Assembly: GCA_964498785.1 (NCBI GenBank)
Contig: CAZCJL010000020.1
Span: forward strand, 4,946-68,945
Direction: 5' to 3'
DNA length: 64,000 nucleotides
DNA from: an uncultured Cytophagia bacterium
Lineage (GTDB): Bacteria > Zhuqueibacterota > Zhuqueibacteria > Thermofontimicrobiales > Thiofontviventaceae
The notes under the pieces: generated by a model
What the model was told of the DNA's origin: nothing
Seen by the model: the letters and a program-made list of their open reading frames with translations, nothing else
The model's database searches: none
Part shown: positions 56,958 through 64,000 of the stretch, piece after piece
Position numbering within the stretch: position 1 is the stretch's first letter
Layout: each line of letters starts with the position of its first letter
Program-made: the position numbers and the translations under genes

Positions 56958-58294
56958 TTTCTTCTCCTATCAATAGCCCTACTGGGAAATGCTGCATTAC
57001 ATTTCCCACAAATAAATCATGAACGTCCTGATTCGTTATTCCATCTCTCCAACAATTAACTTTAACAGGAAAAGTTAACTGCGTATTTTTCCATACACTT
57101 TTTCCAATATAATCTCTTATTCGACGGGGATAATCTGTATATTCACTCGCAAAAAACGGAAACGTTCCAATTAATGTTTGATACAGGAAATATTCATCAT
57201 TTCTATCCGGCGCTTTTCCGTTTTTTGTATTCTTTTTTTTGCGACGATTAATTTTCGCCCATATTTTAAAATTTTTTTCCCATTCATCCGGAATTTCCGA
57301 TAGTATATTCAACCGAGCCCGTACATCCTCCCCTCGTTTAATATCGTGCGTGGAAGTTGCATTCATCGTATTTGGCCAATTGTTTATTCGATTTTTATTA
57401 AAATAGTGAAATTCAATGGTTGATATACCAAACTTATCCGGGTTCCCTCCGACCTCATTTAATGAGATTAGCCGGTTAAAATTATACATCACCGTGTCTT
57501 CAAGTCCTTTTGCCATTAACGGGCCGGTCATTTGCTGAAATCGCATCACAAAATTTCTCCACTGCTCTTTTTCTTCATCAGGTAAATTATCATCAAAATT
57601 GAGTGACAACATTTTTTGTATAAAATTGAATTCATTCTCAAAATTGGGCATAACTATTTTTGCCTTGCGGACAGCTTCGCCGATGTATTGAATTTCATTT
57701 TCAGTGATTTCATTTGTGAGGTTATAGGTTCGATAGACAGGAAACCAGGATAAAATTTCGACCAGTGACCGACGCAAACCATATAGAGTAAAATCAGCAG
57801 CGTCTCGGCGTTTACTGGCAATGTTAGCCAACAGGTGTGCAAGATTAGCCACATCCCCTGCCATGTGTTTCCCCATAATCAGTCTTTTTTTTGCATGTAC
57901 TAAATTTTCGAATTGAATGGGGTTCCCATTCGATATCAAAAAAATGTGCATATCGGGAGTGTGGTCCATTTTCCAGGACATCCATCAGGATTTTATTTTG
58001 CGAATCATACGCCATGTGATTCGGGACCACATCTTGTAACCAGCCCATATTCACTTTTTTCAATTCTTCGTTCAATTTTGAAAAATCGTTCTCTGTCCCC
58101 AATTCAGAGTTCAACTGCGTCGGATCAACAACATCGTAACCATGCATACTTCCTTTTCGGGCTTTAAAAATTGGCGATGCGTACACATCGGAAATTCCCA
58201 GTTCCGCAAGATACAAAATGATCGCTTTCAAATCCTGAAATGTGAATTCATGATTCAATTGTATTCGATAAGTTGATTTTGGGATATGTTTCAT
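56947..58294 (-). pseudogene. treY: Maltooligosyl trehalose synthase, disrupted by two internal deletions and a frameshift
   Basis: N-terminal piece has STYRIQL, GSMHGYDVVD, DVVPNHM and FFDIEW. A second frame has FPVYRTY, FQQMTGPLMAKGLEDT, NEVGG and STHDIKRGEDVRAR. Catalytic-region motifs (RIDH, VEKIL) and PGVPD/DPDNRRPV are absent. Confidence 0.88.
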
Positions 58295-58300
58295 TGGTTA

Positions 58301-60124
58301 TCATTCTTTACAATACAAAGCCATAGTCAACGGCGTTATCATATAATTTTGGCCATGTATTAACGTTTTGGGTAATTCAGATCCAGTGCCCTGCCAGGTT
58401 TTACCAGATGAATCGAGTATCTTTTTCCATTTACCAGTGGGTACATTCAGTTCAACCTGAATCAATTCTTTGTTAAAATTATAAATTCCGACAATCTCGC
58501 TCCTTTTATGCCACCGATGCATAACGATTAATTTATCAACAGGTTGTTCATAGTTTTTTATCGCACTTTTATCAAGAGATGAACAGGCTGGTATTTTTTT
58601 TCGAAAATGAATCAGTTGTTTGTAAAAATCCCGGAGTATTTTATGGTTACCTTTGTTTTGAGAATTCCAGTCGATTTTAGAAGAAAAAAATGTATCAACG
58701 TTTTGCGGATCAGGCGGCGTTCCTTTCCACTGAAATGATTTGAATTCCGACTTTCGTCCGTCACGAACGGCCTGGATTAAATCCGGATCACCGTGGCTGA
58801 CAAAATATAAAAACGGAGCGGTTTCGCCAAATTCCTCGCCCATGAATAATAATGTTATGTATGGCGATAGCAATAAGACGCCAGCAGCCAGTTTCAATCC
58901 TTCAAATGAAATCAATTGTGACAAACGTTCTCCCAACATTCGATTCCCGACTTGATCGTGGTTTTGAATCGCTACAACAAACTGATACGCCAATTGATTG
59001 CTGAAGGAATTGCCATGACGGCATTTTCGATATGTGGAATATTGCCCCGAATAGACAACACCGTTTTCTAATACTTTAATCAGGTCATTTGTTTTCCCGA
59101 AATCGAGATAATAGCCCTGCTGTTCTGTTGTAAGTAGTGCGTGGACCGAATGGTGAAAATCATCTGACCATTGCGCATCTAATCCGTAACCACCAACTTC
59201 ACTGGGTCGAATAACTTTTGAATTGTTTAAATCGCTTTCAGCAATTAAATAAAATTTCTTCACATGCTGCATGGAAAACTGTTCCACGCGTTCAGCCAAT
59301 TCTTGCAGAAACGGTCGGGCACTCATGTCATAAATCGCGTGAATCGCATCCAATCGCAGTGCGTCGATATGAAAATGTTGAAACCAGTATAGTGCATTTT
59401 CAATAAAATAATTCCGAACCTCATCGCTATAGGCGCCATCAAAATTAATTGCCTCGCCCCAGGGGGTTTTGTATTTATCCGTGAAATACGGGCCAAAATC
59501 TCGCAGGTAATTTCCTTCTGGTCCCAGGTGGTTGTAAACAACGTCCAGAACAACGGCAATTCCGTGTCGATGGCAATCGTTTACTAATTTTTTAAGACTA
59601 TCCGGAGAGCCATAAGAATTTTGCACTGCAAAGGGAAAAACGCCGTCATACCCCCAATTTCGTTCTCCTGGAAATTGTGCCACTGGCATTATTTCGATTG
59701 TATTAATTCCCAAATCCGTTAAATTTTTCAATCGCGGCAGAATAGCTTCAAATGATCCATCTTTTGTAAATGTTCCCACGTGTAATTCATAGATGATGAT
59801 ATCATTCAGATTGATTCCGGACCATTTGTCATCAAGCCATCGGAATGAAAGGTGATCCACTACCTGCGAGGCCTGATGCACACCGTGCGGCTGATAAAAT
59901 GATACCGGATCGGGGCGTTCAGTATCGCCATTTAAAATATACGTATATTCAGTGCAATCTGATATACAAGTGGCAACAACGTTCCAGTAGCCGTTATCAT
60001 CCCGCTTCATGGGAATAATACGCTCTTCTTTTTCTCTGATCTTTAATTCAACTTTTTCAGGAATCGGAGCCCACACTGTGAATTCACATATTCCGTTTCC
60101 TTTATAAAACGCTCCAATTTTCAT
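58301..60124 (-). CDS. treZ: Maltooligosyl trehalose trehalohydrolase (GH13)
   Basis: Start refined to ATG 60124 (ATGA overlap with treS). YELHVGTFT, RNWGYDGV, LRLDAIH, IAESD, QNHDQVGNR and FMGEE. Confidence 0.93.
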   Translation of the reverse strand: MKIGAFYKGNGICEFTVWAPIPEKVELKIREKEERIIPMKRDDNGYWNVVATCISDCTEYTYILNGDTERPDPVSFYQPHGVHQASQVVDHLSFRWLDDKWSGINLNDIIIYELHVGTFTKDGSFEAILPRLKNLTDLGINTIEIMPVAQFPGERNWGYDGVFPFAVQNSYGSPDSLKKLVNDCHRHGIAVVLDVVYNHLGPEGNYLRDFGPYFTDKYKTPWGEAINFDGAYSDEVRNYFIENALYWFQHFHIDALRLDAIHAIYDMSARPFLQELAERVEQFSMQHVKKFYLIAESDLNNSKVIRPSEVGGYGLDAQWSDDFHHSVHALLTTEQQGYYLDFGKTNDLIKVLENGVVYSGQYSTYRKCRHGNSFSNQLAYQFVVAIQNHDQVGNRMLGERLSQLISFEGLKLAAGVLLLSPYITLLFMGEEFGETAPFLYFVSHGDPDLIQAVRDGRKSEFKSFQWKGTPPDPQNVDTFFSSKIDWNSQNKGNHKILRDFYKQLIHFRKKIPACSSLDKSAIKNYEQPVDKLIVMHRWHKRSEIVGIYNFNKELIQVELNVPTGKWKKILDSSGKTWQGTGSELPKTLIHGQNYMITPLTMALYCKE

Positions 60125-63100
60125 TTGTGATAATCCTCCAGAATATGCAAAATTCCTGTTATCGGAATAATGAGCCATTCCGGTCTGTTTGCAAGTTCAT
60201 ATACCAATTCATTAATTGACTTTTCCAAAGAAATGACTTGTAATAAAATATTAAGCTGGGATTTTTCCTGAGGCATAAATGGCGCGCCAGCACCTCCTTC
60301 AAAATATCCGCGCAGAAACATGCTGCTCATGTAAAAAAGCCACGGATTAATCCATTGCTCAAGTATGGGTGCATCTGTTGGTCGCATTAAAGAACGTTGA
60401 AAGAACGCGCTGTATATGGCATAGTGAAATGAACGTATCATACTGGCAACGTCACGTAGCGCAGGATATTTCAGCCGCTTTTGGCTGGCTGTTTTTTCAG
60501 GTTCCCCGTCAAAATCAATGATCACAAAATCTTTTCCGGTATAAAGAACTCGCTTTAAATGAAAATCACCATGCACGCGTATTTTCATCGCGGTAATTTT
60601 TACATTCAAAATATCTTTAAAGCAGTCAAGGATATCCTTCTTTTTTGAAAGTAATTCCTGCGCCCTGTTTTTTACCGAACCGTGTAAATCAGGGATAACT
60701 TTTTGTAAAATGGTGAAACCTCTGGTAGCAGTCGTTCTCATCGTTTGATAAAGCGCCCGTTGATATAGTTTTGAAAACATTTCAGGTCGAAACGCCGGAT
60801 CTGTAGTTGATGACGCCAGCGCTCGATGTAATTCAACAGTTCTTTTGCCGAGAAGATAAAGCTGTTCCATCTGAAAACTACCCATTATTTCATATATCAC
60901 ATCCGGGATATCTTCAAATTCTCCGCTCAAAAACTGATATCGTTTAACACCGACTTCAGCAATATCAACCTCTTTGGAAAGAACACGATCAAAATATTGT
61001 CCGATCCCATCCTGAACCATTGACCAGGCATTGCCCTCGCTACGGACAATTTTTTGAAGCATGACACATTCAAACGGATCGGATCGTTCGCGGTTAAGCT
61101 GTAATTCCGATACAAACGTCGGAATATACTTAAAACGAACATGATCACTCAAAAATTTAACTAATTCTGACTCCGGGTTCTTCCCGGCTTCCACACAATG
61201 ATAGAACTTTAGTCTAAAATCATCGTCAAATATCATATTTGAATGATTTCTGCTGAACTTTAGATCACGTTGAAAAGTAGGTGCTGAATCTGTGATGCTG
61301 TGCTTGTAAAAACGACTTCTCACGGATGTCATTTCAGAAGAATTATCAGCGAATCTCTTTCGCCGGGTTAATATTTTGATAAGCGCCCTCCCAAACCTTT
61401 TATCGTAAATCGCATCAATTACCGTATTTTTCGTATTGTCAGTAATTATCGTGACCAACGTATGATGAGCAAGCTCCTGTTCTGATAAATCGCATTCATC
61501 AGTCCTGACGAACGCGATCGGGAAAATATATGTTTCTTTTTTTGCAGATGTGAATATTACATCGGTGATGATAAAAACGTAATTTTGATAATTTTTTGGA
61601 TCCAGCGGAATAACTTTTTGGATCGAAATTGTCCGGATATTTTGTGCTTTATTGTGAAACCAGATCCGAGTCTCTAAAAACAGCGGTAACTTTTCTTTTT
61701 CCAGGAAAACTTTGTTATCTTTGTGAAAAATAGATGTCCATTTACCTCTGACAGGCATTTGCATAATATCGGTGTGTACATCCGCAACTATTTTTTTCCG
61801 TTCTTTGATAAGATTTAACCAATAATTACCATGTGGCCCCAACGTCATTAAGTATGGTTTATCCTGAATTTCCGGGAACCGATTTTGACTGAAAACTTCT
61901 TCCGGGATATAATTTACAAACTCTGGCAAAAGGAGCTCTACCACCTGAGTGAAGCGGGAGAGGTTTATTACAATGAGCATAATTTCTTCTTTAAATTGCC
62001 GTATAAATACCAGCACTTTCGGATTATCCGGGAAATAGAAATTTAAGGTACCCTGACTGAAAGATTTAAATCGCTTTCTCATTTCGATCACCCGTTTCAT
62101 CCACCACAACAATGATGAGGGGTTGTGCTCCTGGTTCTCCATATTCAGCGCTTCAAAATGATATTCAGGATCGATAATCACCGGTAAAAAAAGCTTTTGC
62201 GGATTTGCCCTGGAAAATCCGGCGTTTCGGTCAGCGCTCCATTGCATGGGCGTACGAACGCCATCACGGTCACCAAGGTAGTAGTTATCCCCCATTCCGA
62301 TTTCATCGCCGTAATAAATGACCGGTGTACCGGGTAATGAAAGTAGCATAATATTCATCAATTCGATTTTGCGGCGATTATTATCGAGCAATGGCGCTAA
62401 CCGACGACGAATTCCCAGATTAATCCGGGCATGGGAATCGACGGCAAACACGCGATACATATAATCGCGCTCCTCGTCTGTAACCATCTCCAGGGTTAAT
62501 TCATCGTGATTCCGCAGGAACATTGCCCACTGCGCTTTCTCCGGGATTTCTGGCGTTTGCTCAAGTATATCAATAATCGGAAACCGGTCCTCCATTTGAA
62601 CAGACATAAATAGCCTCGGCATTACCGGGAAATGAAAGGCCATGTGACATTCATCCCCATGGCCTTCGCCAAAATAGGCAGTTGCATCTTCTGGCCATTG
62701 ATTGGCTTCAGCAATAAAAATTTTATTTTTATATTTACGATCGATATGGGCGCGCATTTTTTTTAGAAAATCATGCGTCTCGTCAAGATTTTCACAATTG
62801 GTTCCGTCCCGCTCGTAAAGATACGGGATCGCATCCAGGCGCATGCCGTCCACACCCATATCAAACCAATAATCCATGATGCGAATGATTTCCTTTTGCA
62901 CGTGCGCATTATCAAAATTCAAATCTGGTTGATGCGAATAAAATCGATGCCAGTAATACGCTTTTGCCTGCGAATCCCAGGTCCAGTTGGACGCCTCAAA
63001 ATCTTTAAAAATGATTCGCGCTTCCTGATACCTCTCCGGTGTATCGCTCCATACATAATAATCCCTGTAAACAGAGCCCTGTTTCGCCTGTCTTGCTCGC

Positions 63101-63450
63101 TGAAACCATGGGTGTTGATCAGAAGTATGATTGACCACAAGCTCTGTAATAACACGGATTCCCCGTTCATGTGCGGCCTTCAGGAAGCGTTTAAAATCAC
63201 GCAAATTTCCGTAATCCGGATGAATATTTCTGTAATCTGAAATATCGTAGCCATCGTCCCGCAACGGCGACGGATAAAACGGTAATAGCCACAACGCGGT
63301 TATGCCCAAACTTTCCAGATAATCCAGCTTTGTCATCAATCCCCGTAAATCACCGATTCCGTCACCGTTACTATCGCAAAATGATTTAACATGAAGTTCA
63401 TAGATAATGGCGTCTTTGTACCAATCGGATGCATTCCCAATCATGTTCAT
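60121..63450 (-). CDS. treS: Trehalose synthase / maltokinase fusion (TreS-Mak)
   Basis: WYKDAIIYE, RDDGYDI, RLDAIPY, AEANQWPED, FLRNHDELTLE and RINLGIRRRLAPL. C-terminal Mak-like domain with RVHGDFHL and IIDFDGEP. Confidence 0.94.
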   Translation of the reverse strand: MNMIGNASDWYKDAIIYELHVKSFCDSNGDGIGDLRGLMTKLDYLESLGITALWLLPFYPSPLRDDGYDISDYRNIHPDYGNLRDFKRFLKAAHERGIRVITELVVNHTSDQHPWFQRARQAKQGSVYRDYYVWSDTPERYQEARIIFKDFEASNWTWDSQAKAYYWHRFYSHQPDLNFDNAHVQKEIIRIMDYWFDMGVDGMRLDAIPYLYERDGTNCENLDETHDFLKKMRAHIDRKYKNKIFIAEANQWPEDATAYFGEGHGDECHMAFHFPVMPRLFMSVQMEDRFPIIDILEQTPEIPEKAQWAMFLRNHDELTLEMVTDEERDYMYRVFAVDSHARINLGIRRRLAPLLDNNRRKIELMNIMLLSLPGTPVIYYGDEIGMGDNYYLGDRDGVRTPMQWSADRNAGFSRANPQKLFLPVIIDPEYHFEALNMENQEHNPSSLLWWMKRVIEMRKRFKSFSQGTLNFYFPDNPKVLVFIRQFKEEIMLIVINLSRFTQVVELLLPEFVNYIPEEVFSQNRFPEIQDKPYLMTLGPHGNYWLNLIKERKKIVADVHTDIMQMPVRGKWTSIFHKDNKVFLEKEKLPLFLETRIWFHNKAQNIRTISIQKVIPLDPKNYQNYVFIITDVIFTSAKKETYIFPIAFVRTDECDLSEQELAHHTLVTIITDNTKNTVIDAIYDKRFGRALIKILTRRKRFADNSSEMTSVRSRFYKHSITDSAPTFQRDLKFSRNHSNMIFDDDFRLKFYHCVEAGKNPESELVKFLSDHVRFKYIPTFVSELQLNRERSDPFECVMLQKIVRSEGNAWSMVQDGIGQYFDRVLSKEVDIAEVGVKRYQFLSGEFEDIPDVIYEIMGSFQMEQLYLLGKRTVELHRALASSTTDPAFRPEMFSKLYQRALYQTMRTTATRGFTILQKVIPDLHGSVKNRAQELLSKKKDILDCFKDILNVKITAMKIRVHGDFHLKRVLYTGKDFVIIDFDGEPEKTASQKRLKYPALRDVASMIRSFHYAIYSAFFQRSLMRPTDAPILEQWINPWLFYMSSMFLRGYFEGGAGAPFMPQEKSQLNILLQVISLEKSINELVYELANRPEWLIIPITGILHILEDYHK

Positions 63451-63564
63451 TTATTCCCTGATATTTATATAAATCGAATCAAATTTCGATTCAATCGTAT
63501 TTTGATGCTTTCACCAATATTCATTGTCATAATATATACACAAAACAATACGAATGCATCTAAA

Positions 63565-64000
63565 TTATTTTATTTTACCAGACGCACGGTCAAAAGCATC
63601 TTTTACATCCTTCCATGCTTTTTCAACTCCGTCTTTCAAGTTTTCCCAAACATCGGCATTCGCCTCTTTGAGCTCTTGCAATTTTTTCTTTCCCTCTGTC
63701 AATCTATTTTGAATATCGTCAATGTATTTCTGAGACCCTTCTTTTACATCATCTTTTGCATGTTCTGCCTTTTTAGAAAGGTCCGCTAATTTCTCTTCCA
63801 GCACTTTGATTTGTTGATCCATGCGCTCGCTGAAATTTGCCTGAGTTTCTTTTACTTCTTCCTTTTTTTTAGCATATTTTTTACGACCACGGGTTGTGAT
63901 AAAAAAAGCAACGAGAAATACAATGATAGCAATAATAACAAGCAACCAGGCGAATCGCTGCTGACCTGCAGCACGAGACTCTCTTTCATCAAGCGCTTTT
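63565..64000 (-). CDS. Hypothetical membrane-anchored coiled-coil protein, 5' end outside window
   Basis: Frame open to the window edge (KALDERESRAAGQQRFAW...). TM helix, then a coiled coil ending WENLKDGVEKAWKDVKDAF, typical of small general-stress proteins. Confidence 0.6.
   Translation of the reverse strand, partial: KALDERESRAAGQQRFAWLLVIIAIIVFLVAFFITTRGRKKYAKKKEEVKETQANFSERMDQQIKVLEEKLADLSKKAEHAKDDVKEGSQKYIDDIQNRLTEGKKKLQELKEANADVWENLKDGVEKAWKDVKDAFDRASGKIK

Noticed and set aside
57845-57981. Programmed frameshift joining the two treY ORFs
   Set aside because: No slippery site is evident, and the catalytic core is missing, so a frameshift would not restore function.
28643-63789. Numerous short ORFs antisense to or overlapping nuo, sugar-cluster and tre genes
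   Set aside because: They are shadows of well-supported genes, with no motifs or RBS support.

Overview
AT-rich bacterial chromosomal segment, probably from a diderm FCB-group-like organism (inference from gene style, lipoproteins and an Omp85 gene; not determinable here). Plus-strand half (1-28.3 kb): rny-ymdB-tRNA-Arg(CCG), then DUF4870-like and TPR genes. Next is a six-gene operon of unknown exported proteins behind a sigma54-type promoter, containing two short/long paralog pairs. Then come an RRM protein, a sodium:solute symporter, and a sugar ABC operon split by a degenerate DUF6922/AbiEii toxin-antitoxin pair. A DUF1460 amidase, a DUF6125 protein and a truncated class V aminotransferase follow. 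The most striking locus is a tightly coupled operon encoding a POTRA-less Omp85 barrel, a lipoprotein with an atypical kinase fold, an exported metallophosphoesterase, two NTT/TLC nucleotide translocases (one HEAT-fused) and a cNMP-binding protein, with a receiver protein next to it. I read this as a candidate system for extracytoplasmic, ATP-fuelled phosphorylation. Minus-strand half: a complete nuoA-N operon with a possible coupled leader peptide. It is followed by a GntR-linked sugar-catabolic cluster that embeds acetoin-dehydrogenase-like E1alpha/E1beta/E2 genes (no E3) among aldolase, transaldolase-like, CbbY-like, PfkB and isomerase genes. Last is a treS-treZ-treY-malQ cluster in which treY is destroyed by two internal deletions. 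No CRISPR, rRNA, integrase or transposase was seen. All family calls come from motif recognition by eye; no database searches were run.
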